DNA of 63,827 nucleotides, the filler included, from Collodictyon triciliatum (taxonomy: Eukaryota): NCBI GenBank assembly GCA_043381765.1. It is 4 parts of 4 records of this genome, joined end to end, with 100 filler letters (N's around TTAATTAATTAA, not from the genome) between each part and the next. Parts side by side here need not be neighbours in the genome. Positions count along the whole stretch, not along the records: positions 24,476 to 48,841 come from JBHJMP010001087.1; 3 more parts are not named here. One strand, written 5' to 3'. Below, one piece after another: positions 24,993 through 36,251 of the stretch. The translations under genes were made by a program, and so were the position numbers. Within the stretch, counting starts at the first letter, position 1, and each line of letters opens with the position of its first letter. Below the pieces are notes generated by a model. It saw only the letters and a list, made by a program, of their open reading frames with translations, searched no databases and had not been told where the DNA came from.

Positions 24993-27287
24993 TTACAAGT
25001 CCAGGTTAGACCAGTCCGAAGTTTCTGGAAAGCTGACGATGGCTGGTCCTGCGAGCGCACCGTCGCGCCATGTCCCGGTCATCATGACACCATTCGCAAG
25101 TGTAAGAACCCCTTTCCCATCTTTGCGGTCTCCAAGCCATTCTCCCTCATACCGCGACCCATCAACGTGGAAGAATATACCCCTGCCTTGGCGCTGTGTA
25201 TGCAGAAAACAAGAGCGATTAGCATGCTTTTACAAGGAGCTTGGAAATGAGCAGGCATGAAGGTATTTTTCAATAGGCGATGCACGAAAAGCTTTCCTTC
25301 ATTATGGTTGCTTAGGAAATGGTGAATGTATGGCAACAATTGCATAGCATCTGAGTTACTGAGCTACTATATATATTCCCTTACCATATCATCTCTCCAG
25401 TCACCTTCGTATCGATGCCCTTTGGCCTGAATCATCACTGCGAAGCCGTTCAGTTTGTCATTCACCCACTCTCCTTTGATTACGTCCCCGTGGCTGTATG
25501 TGAGCTCACCCTGCAAGAATGCATTTTTTTTTTATCTAAAGAAAGACAGTAGTGCTGGCTCGCACACTTAAAGATTTTGATTCACCAAACCTTTCCATGC
25601 TTCTTTCCTGATGCCCATTCCCCGGTGTACTTATCTCCGCGCTTGTACAAAAGATAGCCACGGCCGTGTGCTTTGTCATTTTGCCAATCGCCTTCGTACC
25701 TTAACAGGTATGGCGTTTGGAGATATCATATTTATTCCATATGGCAGATATGTACGTGACATAAGAAAATAAAACTATCATAGAAGGATTCAATCATCTT
25801 GCAACATCATGAATTACTGGTCTCCATTAGCAAAGGACATGATGCCGTATCCAAATTTTTGGTCGCGAATCCAATCCCCCTCATATCGATTACCATTCGC
25901 GTATATGTATAATCCTTTCCCGTGCATCTGTAATAAATAATAGGGTTACCATCTGGACAAATACTAATTTTTGGTGTGCATCGAATAAAGGGAGGAAAAC
26001 AAAACTGATTATTGGTATCTAAATTCATCCTATGATAGCCACCTTGCCATCCACCCAATCACCCTGGTACGTGGCACCGTCTGGATAGTTATATGTTCCA
26101 TATCCGTGCATTTTGCCTGGGAGGGAATGTAAAATCAACATATATGCTCGCATGAACCATGAATGAATCGATTGACTGTCCACGGTGGGTGCATACCCTC
26201 TCTCCATTCGCCCTCATACTGCTCAATAGCCACAGCACCATCTCGCGGTGCATACCGAAGGGTCCCGTTCCCTACATTTTGAGCAATCTGAATGAATTTA
26301 TCATGCGAGTGTCACGAATATATGTTTCTATGAAGTAGCACACATAGTAGCGCAGATATAGCTCATAAACAGTAGAGTATCGATAAGAATTGCAAAAGTC
26401 AGTACCATGTCTTCTGTCATCTTTCCAGTCTCCTTCGTAAGTATCACCATCCCTGGTTCGGTAAACGCCTGAACCAACGCAATCAGGCGCATACAAGGCA
26501 ATCGAAAAATTGATATTTATATATACACATTCATAAAAAAAAAAAAAAGGCACATTCGCTTTGGGTGCTCTCTTTTCAAGGCAATATCAAGGTTTGTGTG
26601 TGAAACTGATACCTCTTCCCTGCATCTTCCCATTCTTGAATTCGCCTGTGTATTGGTCACCGTCTGAGAACTTAAGTGTGCCTGTTCCAGTAATCCGTCC
26701 TTGGAACCAATCGCCCTCAAAGCGGTTGCCCGAGGCATATATGCACATTCCTTTGCCATGTGCCTTCCCCAGTGATTTGTCCAGAGTAAGAATAAGATGA
26801 AGGATAAACTAATAATTCATTATCATGCATACTATCTCTGTATACCTTATCCTCTGCCCATTCTCCCTCGTAGCGACTTCCGTCTCGATAGACAAAGGTG
26901 CCATATCCGTGGCGCTTACTCATGACCCAGTCACCCTAAACAAAAAAAAACACCATTTAATTAAGCCTGTCGTCTATTCCTCAATATCTTAAGTGGGGTT
27001 TCCATTCATTCAAAACAAAAGATAAAGAAATTCATATGACTTTGCACTGAGGAGAAAGTGCCACAGAGTGCATTAAATTGTAAGAAAAAACCGCCCCAAA
27101 CCTCATACTTTTCACCATTTGGATACAGGAACGAGCCTTTCCCGTGCATCATCCCGTTTTCCAGGGATCCACGGTATGTTCCGCTCATGGCTGAAGTTAA
27201 CTGAAGCCGATCGGAGTCGTTTGACAGGCGGCCTTGGGAACCCTGACGGAGAGACTTATCCATGGACGACTGCAGATAAACGCTCAT
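24993..27287 (-). CDS. MORN-repeat protein, multi-exon
   Basis: Many repeats of Y.G.W..(D)K.HG.G...Y.DG..: [89 protein letters not shown]. Stop TAA at 24993-24995. Confidence 0.93.
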
Positions 27288-28308
27288 TTCGTATGGCGGG
27301 CGGAAGTCTGTTGAACCTGCTGTTATATTTCACTCGGGTGAGCGCAAGAGTTTATCTCTTTGTAATTGTTTGCTCGCTGATTTCTCTTCCTTCCATTTTT
27401 TCTTTTTTCAGGTTCTGAAAACGGAGTGTGCGTTGGTAGGGTATATATATCTAGTGGCAAAGTTCACCCTCCTGCACAAAATTGAAAGGAAGAATAAAAA
27501 AAAAAAATCGAGTGGCAAAGTGTGTAGATTCAGTGCTGGAGAAGATCGATTATAACAAAGTTTTTTTATCTATTTTTTTCTATTTTCTTTTTCTATTTAT
27601 TTTTTTCTATTTTCTTTTACTTATTTTTCTTCTTTTCTTCTTTTCTTATTTTCTTCTTCAATTCTTTTCTCTACGCAGCTGCCCAGAAGCCTCCGAAGCG
27701 AGCAACCCCACGATTCCGATTTGCCTGCGATTGAGCGGTTTGGCCCTGAGCGATCAAAATTGATGGTACGGTAACACGGCCTTTTATTGGAAAAATCGAA
27801 TGTGGAAAATCCGCCAATGTATGATTTACGCTTCAAGACCGTAATTGGAATCAACCCGTTGTAATTTTTATATTTCTGGAATTTCGTTGCACACCATCAT
27901 TTGATTAATTTGTAATCCATTTATGGATTTTTATTGCCCCGAAAATGGTGTGTCTTTGTCAGCCGGTGTGTCATGCGACAAAAGCAAACAGATTGCTCGT
28001 TTCCAACAGCCAACACAGAAGTCAAATCTGATGCAAAGCAGGCAGCGATCTGATTCCCCCGGTCGAAGCGTTCTGCAGAGAGTGGGGTGAGGTATTGGGT
28101 TCCTTGGAGAAGAAATGAAGAAACTAACTTTGTTTCATCGAACAGTTTCAACTCTGAAAAATTTTTTTTCAATCTCTTGTATTATTCATTCTTTGTTCTT
28201 TTTCTTTTCGCCCGGCAGAAATTGAGCGAGGCCCGGCTGACAACGCTTTCTTGGTTGGGTTATGCCTTTTAGTTAAATTATATTGTATGTTCAGTTCACA
28301 GTCGCATC

Positions 28309-31300
28309 ATGAGCGATACTATCGAATCCGAGCCAGACTCTGCACGGCGTTATGAATCTCTCAAAGTTCTTGGTAAAGGCTCGTTTGGAGTTGTCTCTCT
28401 AGTTCGTCAGAAGGTTACGCACATCCCATATCACTTTCCTCTGTGTGACTTCTTATATTATAATGATTAGGTGATTTGTCATTCCTTTTTTTTTTTCTTG
28501 TCAAGGTTCACGTATATTTAGTCGTCAAATAAAAAAAGGAAGGGAAATGTAATTTATTTTATTTTTTGTTTAAAGAAACCTCCCCCCTTTTTTTTCTTGT
28601 ACCTTTGTTTGGCGTGTCCTTTACCATAGAAAATCAACAAGTTGTGCGTCATAAAGAGGATATACACTGGTAAAGGGAGCAGCAGTGAAATTGAAAGTGT
28701 GAAGCAAGAGGTTTGTTCGATTTTTATAACATCCAGAAAAATCTATTTGAAAGCATCCCTCAACTGAGCGGATCGATTCACCATAATTTTGTATATGGAG
28801 AAACAGCAAATTCAGGCCGAAGAGCGAGAATCTCACCTTTTTCATTATTATTTTTTTTACGAAAAAAAAAAGATTCATCTGCTTTCAACCGTTAAGCATC
28901 CATGCATCGTCAGTTACTTTGAGTCTTTCATTGATTTGGCAGACTTTGGTGCTGTTTGTTTGGTCATGGAATATTGTGGAGGGGGTGATTTAGATAAACG
29001 AATCAAACATGCAATAACACACAATTACCGTTTCCAAGAAGAAGTTTGTTTTTTGTTTGTTTGTTTGGATTTAACGCACCGTCCACATCATGATATGTCC
29101 ATAAGATTGATTTTATTTTTATTGAATGAAATGTTTCCCATTATTATGGATCAATAACAATTAATGAATTGCCCAGGTGATAATGAAGTGGTTTGTACAG
29201 ATTGCGATGGCCTTGGAATATCTCCACAAGCATAAAATTATTCAGTAAATTAAATGCATATCCACATAGAATAATAATTCAATTCTCCACCATGTAATTC
29301 ACATACTTGATATATTTATTATTTTATTACGATTACTATCTATATTTCTATTTCTATTTCTATTTCTATTTCTATTTCTATTTCTATTTCTATTTCTATT
29401 TCTATTTCTATTTCTATTTCTATTTCTATTTCTATTTCTATTTCTATTATTTCACTCTTACTTATCAACGATCCTTATTACATTCCCATTTATTTATAGC
29501 CGAGATATTAAAAGTCAAAATGTGTTTCTGCTCTCAAATAGTCTTGTCAAACTTGGTTTGGAGTGTTAATTCATCAACCAATCGATAAGTGCTGCCCATA
29601 TTAAAATACCTTATTATTTTGCTATTTGCCACTTACCATTCATTACTGATTCACAGGTGACTTCGGAGTCTCCAAAATCCTAGATTCTGCAGAGGCTTAT
29701 GCGGTCAGTCTCGTTGGAACACCATACTATCTAAGCCCCGAGCTCGCATCAGGAAATAAGTGAGGACCACTATAACTTCGCCCCCCGGTATCCAACGTCA
29801 AGCTTTTGTGTACAGAAAAGTCCAAATATAATCCATATAACCGTGCATGAAACTCGCAATAGAATAATCATAATCATAATCATAATCATAATCATAATCA
29901 TAATCATAATCATAATCATAATCATAATCATAATCATAATCATAATCATAATCATTCAGGTACACATACAAATCAGACATATGGGCACTTGGTTGTATCC
30001 TGTATGAGTTATGCACACTTAATAAGCCGTTTGATGCCAACGTAAGAGAAATCTCATCGTATGAAAACCTCCATGCTATTAATTCAGGTCTTTATTGCGA
30101 ATTTTTTTGAGATAAGCATGAATTCTATCACTCATTTCTTACCTCTTTTTCAGGACTTTCCATCCCTCATCCCAGTCATTTTGTCAGGCGCATACAAGCC
30201 CCTTGACGACACAATCTTTAGAAAGGAAATTGTTGAACTTGTAGAAAAATGCCTTGTGGTGGATCAATCCAAAAGAGCGAGCGCATTGGAATTGATTGAG
30301 TCTAATTATGCAAAGGCCTATATGGATGCCCTTGGGATTGACTTGACCCAAAACTCTCAGAAAGAGTAAAATACCAACATCTATCACATTTATAATCATT
30401 TTCGGCAAAGTTATTTTGATTTTAAATTCCAAGATTTAACTTATATGATAGCGGTTTTCATTTTTCCCGACCTATTCTATGTTGCATCATTAACATTTTT
30501 TTTTCACAATTTAAACCAGGGCATCTCTGAGCGCCTCTATGAAGTCCAAAAAGGTTTTCTTTTTATACGTTGTTTATACATTTCAAATTAATATTGACGG
30601 ATGACAATCTTACGTACCTTATTGTATGGTATTTCATTTTATATTATACCATTTTGGTTTGGTATGGCTTGGTTTGTTTTGTTTCTTTACAGAAAGGAGA
30701 ATCCATGGGAGGAAAGGGCCGAGATGCAGAAGGAAAGGAACTCATCAGCGATAATCGAGCCCAGAGCCCGAACAGCGGTAGTCCTCTAGGCGGAGAAGGA
30801 TTTTCCAGCAGATTTTCTTACATCTTATTCCGAGGGAGACTTCCAACTGCCAAGGGAGCCCGAAATATGATTCCAGATGGCCAGACACCAAACTCTGACG
30901 AAAACTACACGGAGCCTGAGTACGAACCAGATTTACGTCAAGGTGAACCTGAAAGCAAAGTGCCATCCACATCAAATCAACAACAACGGCAGAGTGTTAT
31001 CCCAAAAATTTTTCGACGCTCGTCTGTGTCACCGCCAAAACAACTTCCACAACAAATATGCACGGTGCGTATACACTCCTCTTAACATTCACATAATTTC
31101 CAGTGTATGGTAGCATCAATTTATGGTGTACAAAACAATTCCTCGTTCTGGTGTCTGTGTTGACATAAGTATACCATCGCAGAATCAACAAGAAGACGAC
31201 TGGAACGATGAGATGTTTTCTCAGATGGCCGAAGACCAGATTGACGAACTGTAAGCACTTACTCCTCTATCACATTTATGATACTTTGCTTGATACGCCA

Positions 31301-32204
31301 TGTAACACATGAACACCACCCTAGAAACGAAAATCGCGAGAAAGCCGTGGTCGGCCTGTTGGACCTCATCCGACAAAGACTCTTTCGCAAGCATCGGTCT
31401 CGCACCCCAAGCCCAAACCCAACCGCAAAGCAGGAGGAAGTGCGCAAGAAAAGCACGGAGGCTGAGCCGCACCCACACCCGCACCCGCACCCGAAGCCCA
31501 ACCCCAGGCCGAAAAGTAGAGGAAGTCCCGGCCGCAAAGCACCTGTCAGCCCACCACGCGACGCAGGTATCGACGACACAATAGACAGCGTCCTCGGCGC
31601 TGCACCCACGGTGATTGTCCACGACGACGAGGACCACGCCGGCCGCCGCACTCGACAGCCTTCCGTCCCGACGCGCACGCAGACTCCGGACGACGCCGCC
31701 CTGCACCCTGCAAGCGCCCCGGCCGCCCCGAAGATATCCCCGCGCCCGGCCTCGGGACGCTCACGCCACCATCCCGACCTGCCGCCGCCCGCGCCTTCAT
31801 CTGCATCTGCATCAGGACATCGCGAGTCTGACGCAGGGCAGCCGGTGCCGTCGCTGGCGTCGCATCCAAACTGGGACCATGTCGTGGGCCGGCCGGCGTC
31901 TGCTGCGGGCTCTCATCGGCAAAGGTCGTCCCGCAGCCCGTCGCCGCTGCCGTCCAATGCCGGCTCGTCCGGTCGACGCTCGCCACTGCCTTCTCCGAAT
32001 GCGCAGCTCCATCCGCTTCCTGCTGCCCACGGCGCCCAGGTCCTCCCGCCCGTCGTCCGTCGCTCCTCCAGTCCCTTCTCGTCTCCGTCCGAGCCGCCTC
32101 TTGCGCCGCCCTTTGCCGTCGTGGCCTGGTCGAATTCTGGCGATGTCCCAAAGACCGATGGCCGGAAGCGTTTGCCTTCTCTTGAATCTCTCTTCTCCAA
32201 CTAG
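28309..32204 (+). CDS. NIMA-related (NEK) Ser/Thr kinase with long disordered Pro/Ser-rich C-terminus
   Basis: [29 protein letters not shown]...[41 protein letters not shown] and [17 protein letters not shown]. Confidence 0.95.
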
Positions 32205-33162
32205 CGCCATCTGCCCTTGCTGGCGCAGAAAAGATGTCTCACCCGCGATGCACCCTGACGTTCTGTTGCCTTGCCAAACACATAAGTCTTAGCACATTCC
32301 AAAAAAACAAAAAACAAAAAACGCCAAACCAAATCCTCGTCGACCCTCGTGCGCTTCTGTAGATCGAATAAATTGCACCACCGTTTGTTTGTTTTGTTCG
32401 TTAGATTATTTGTTTGTTTGTTTGTTTGTTTTGTTTGTTTTGTTTGTTTGATCTATTCTATACCTCGCAATGTGAATAAATGTGGTGATCACGCTGAGAG
32501 CCGCACATGAGAGGAACAAACAAAAAAAAACACCATGAACAAGAAAAATAAAAGTATCTTATGCTGAGAAAATGATAAACACACTGGCAGAGAGAAAAGA
32601 ACACATTCTCCAGAAAATAACATTATTAAACTGGCGTTCTTTCCTTCTTCTTCCAACCCGCTACATTATGAAGCGGAAAAAAAGCAAGTAAGCAGGGAAG
32701 CAAGCGATTGGAAAGAGCGATTCTGAGAAGGCCGACTCAGTCAATCCAGAGAGCGAAAAAGGTCACTTGACCACGTCCCGTACAACACAGGTTATGCACC
32801 GAGACACACCGACGATCAAGACGCCAGCTACCACCGACCTGTGAGTACAACAACCTACTAATAAGACGGAGCGAGCTCTTTGAAACGAATAAAAATTAAT
32901 AATAATGATAATAATAATAATACTAATAATAATAACAACAATAATATTAATATTAATAATATTAATATTAATAGTAATAAAAGGTAATAAAAAAGGCTTC
33001 GGGCTCAAGATCAGTATGAATATAATGCTCAGTATTGGTTGCTCTGATTCATTAATCCGTTTCTTTTTTCTTTTTCATTTTTCGTTTTCTTTTCGGTCTC
33101 ATTTAGCCTGTAAATGGATAAACTTCATTGCAAAGGTTGTGACGAACGTGGTTTTATCCCTT

Positions 33163-33690
33163 TCAAGGCACAATACTATTTATACAACGAAAGTGCACTC
33201 ATATATACAGCTTTATTGCACAGACAACCATCAAATTAAATCTGAGTTGACGAAAGCAGGAGCTTAGATGAATCCAAGAAGCAATCTGAATAATATAATA
33301 GTATGATTAGTATGTATAGAAAGGTTAAATTACTTAATAATCTAATTCTATTCATATAATCAATTTGTTTTTTAATTTTCATTAATGTAATATTATCACT
33401 AAAATTCAAAAAATGCAAACAAAACCCTTGCGTTGATACAGACAGAAATCACCCTATAAACCTGCCACCAAACATGCATTTCAAAAAAGCATACCATCCA
33501 CACTTGTAGCGGTAATCATGTTGTTTGGAGGCGATATGTTGACTTTCAGTCGCAATGGCTATAAGGCTGCCCTTTCGAACTCGCCGAATGAGCTCTCAGC
33601 GTTATGTCTCAAATCACTTATAAAAAACTTTGTGTGTCTGTTTGCCACAAAGCGCACATTTCGAGGGTCTCGGTAGATGCTTAATTATAC
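33163..33690 (-). pseudogene. Degenerate 2-exon cargo gene inside element copy 1 (CxxC-containing, unknown family)
   Basis: KCALCGKQTHKVF...HDYRYKCGWYAFLKCMFGGRF..TQG|LLLGF, joined in frame by a 140-nt GT-AG intron (33286-33425). Several stops. Confidence 0.5.
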
Positions 33691-33808
33691 ATAAATTGAT
33701 TTTGTGCAGTTTTTATATATATTTATTAGATTGACTGATTGACTTAAGTTTTATTAAATTGAAAACTCGGTAGTTTTCTAAAGGAAAAAGTAAAACAAAG
33801 ACTTTCAG

Positions 33809-35758
33809 ATGAAGAAAAGAAAAAGTCTTGAGTCTGAGAAACTAAAGTCTGTAAAATCAGACTATCGAAGTATGAAAACATATCTAAAGTCGATTGTAAA
33901 GAATGCGGATGACTATTAAAAAATCAATGATACGGTTTTGTTGTGTCATAATTTGGTTACCGACACTTATCTGTTTGCAACATGTTACATATTGAAATCA
34001 CAGCAGCTCCCAACAATCGATGAAATGTTTTTTTTTGTACGCTTTAAAGACAATCGGAGTAGTTTCACAAGATAGACCCGCAAGTTTTAAAAAAATCCAG
34101 AAATGAGTAAAGACATGACTTTTTATCTTCATGATTTTCTATTCCTTTTGACCCGAGAAGAACGCTTTCTGTTGGTTGGACTATCTCATGTGTTATCGTA
34201 CTTGGCAAAGCAAATATAACAGCTTATCATAATAACATTAAGGAGCATTTTGTCAAGAGGTTACTGCGCTTTATAAATCAAACAGCTCCTAAAGATGAAG
34301 GATACCACGGGAGTTTTTAAAAAGGCAGAGTTACGAGGTTAAAAAAAAAGCCATATTCAAGAAACTCGAAATACCAGAACAAGACAAAGAAAGGGTTATA
34401 ATACATATGCATCATATCATTCCCAGCGATATTGTAAAAGGTGTCGAATATGACGTCAAAGTGAATCCAAGTAAGTACACTTCATGCCTGATTTACATGA
34501 ATCGTATTTTTGAGGACAGTGGAACCAAACTGTTTCAACCAATCTCTATAAGAGCCAACAATATACCTTGTCATATTAATCTAGATACTGCATGTTTGAT
34601 AGGTCTACTAATATCATCTGGAAAAAAAAATTTATAAAAGACGAATATATCAGGATGCAAAGAGACCCTATGGGATGACTTCTTTGAAATGAAAAAGAGT
34701 GTCTTTAATCAATGAGAATACAATTTTAAATGCATGATACAAACAAACAGCTTGGCGGTGTCATTATTGTTCGAAAAGAAAGTCATTTCAAATTCGAAAT
34801 TCAAAAATAATAATAAAAAAAAAAACCAAGAATATCTTTATATAGATGAACTTTCCGAAGGGCAGTTACCTTTATTAGCGAAAAAAAATAAATAGTTGGA
34901 GTGGACGCAAGCAAGTTTAATTTGGTTTGCATAGTGGGTGAGACAGGTAAGAAATTACGTTACACGGCTCACCAAAGAAGACATGATAGCAAATCTCTTA
35001 AAAATCACCAACTACTCATGCGCAAGAAAAAAAAAGAAAAGTACAATAATTCAGGGATATACATGACAACATGTTTACAAAGCGCAGTTTCTTTTGGTCA
35101 AATGACTTTTGAAGAGAATCGGCAGTTTGAGACATCAAGAGTATCTTTAATCGATTTAGAGACAGAACTGAGTAAACATAATTCACGCGCGGTCGATTAT
35201 GAAAAATTTCGAAAATATGTATCTATGAAATCAAGATTCCAGATAGAATTTCCAGATTTTATGAATAAGTAGCTTTTCGAAAGATGAGATGGGGACAGTA
35301 TGTTAATAGAAAAAGAAGTGAACAATTGTTTATGGACCGAATCGAAAAGACATTTGGCAAGGATGTTGTACTGGCGTATGTAGACTGTAGCAGAAAATCT
35401 CGGATGAACCATTTAATACCAACAATCGGAGGAGGATTACGAAAAATACTACCCAAACGTTTTGAACCAGTTAGTGTAGATGAATTTAGAACCTCCAAGA
35501 TGTGCTGCAACTGCGAAAAATAATTGGAATGTATGAAACTGAAAGGAAATTCAAAAAAAAAGTGCATAGATATCTCATATTTAAAGAATGCAATCGCTCA
35601 GAAAGCAAACTGCATTCTTGATAAGGGACTTTAACAGCGCTAAAGATATACTCAACAAAGTTCTTTTAATCCTTCAAAAAAAAAAACATACACCTCTCTC
35701 TAAAAAACAGGCTGTTGGGTCTTTCCTGGCAGCCTTCGCCACTGCACGGCCTTTGTGA
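33809..35758 (+). pseudogene. Fanzor1 (eukaryotic TnpB/Cas12-related RNA-guided endonuclease) pseudogene, copy 1
   Basis: N-terminal MKTYLKSIVKN..INDTVLLCHNLVTDTYLF, RuvC-I IVGVDASKFNLV (~34892-34930), KLRYTAHQRRHDS, RuvC-II/Zn VDEFRTSKMCCNCEK (~35476-35520) and RuvC-III IRDFNSAKDIL (35621-35653). Intronless, with multiple stops and frameshifts. Confidence 0.9.
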
Positions 35759-35845
35759 AAAAAGTGGCGAGACCTTGGATACTAACGCACCAGGTTTACC
35801 AAACTTTCGATGGTATAACCCTTCTAGCATATTACAAACTTAAAC
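35705..35845 (+). ncRNA. Putative Fanzor omegaRNA scaffold plus flank-derived guide, copy 1
   Basis: Stems 35710-19/35725-34, 35736-43/35763-70 (inner 35745-49/35753-57), ~35770-78/35790-97 and 35797-801/35811-15. They overlap the Fanzor 3' end and abut the element end. Boundaries approximate. Confidence 0.7.
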
Positions 35846-36251
35846 CCAACCCTCTTCCCCTGTTGTCATATCGTCGCCTGCACTTTTATTTTCCAGATAA
35901 GGAAAACTCGTCACAATGTGTCATCATTTTATTGACTGAATTCTTTGAATCACGCAGAACATGTGCCGAGCCACACACAAAGCATCAGTTCGATGCTGTA
36001 AGCGATTCCCTCGAACTCGCAAACACTCTGTCCACTGCCAGACACATGCTGACTCAAAGACCCACAAAGCCCAGTTCTCCCTCTTTTTTTCTTTCCTTTT
36101 TTTTTTTTTTTTTTTTTTAAAAAAAAAACTCTCTTTCCTTTTCTTCACTCTCATTCCATTCCTTTTTTTTTTTTTTTTTTTTTTAAAAAAAAAACACTAT
36201 ATTATTGTTTCGTTATCTTGAAACTGATCAAAGTGCGACAGGTCTCAACCC

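Larger units (their letters stand above)
32452..35827 (+). mobile_element. Non-autonomous Helitron-like element carrying Fanzor1, an omegaRNA-like 3' end and a cargo gene (copy 1)
   Basis: Colinear similarity to 58266-61635 starts at TCTATTC (32452, preceded by A) and runs to CTAG (35824-35827). A TACCA/TGGTA hairpin lies just upstream of CTAG. No TIR, TSD or RepHel ORF was seen. Confidence 0.8.

Noticed and set aside
33163-35758. Alternative genetic code to explain in-frame TAA/TGA in the element
   Set aside because: Host genes end in TAA, TAG or TGA, and long exons (Roco, 777 aa) have no internal stops. The element also has frameshifts, so decay is the simpler explanation.
32452-35827. Bacterial IS200/IS605/IS607 contamination, or a TIR transposon, as the Fanzor carrier
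   Set aside because: It is contiguous with intron-rich eukaryotic genes without gaps, contains a spliceosomal-type intron, lacks TnpA, and shows no TIRs or TSDs.
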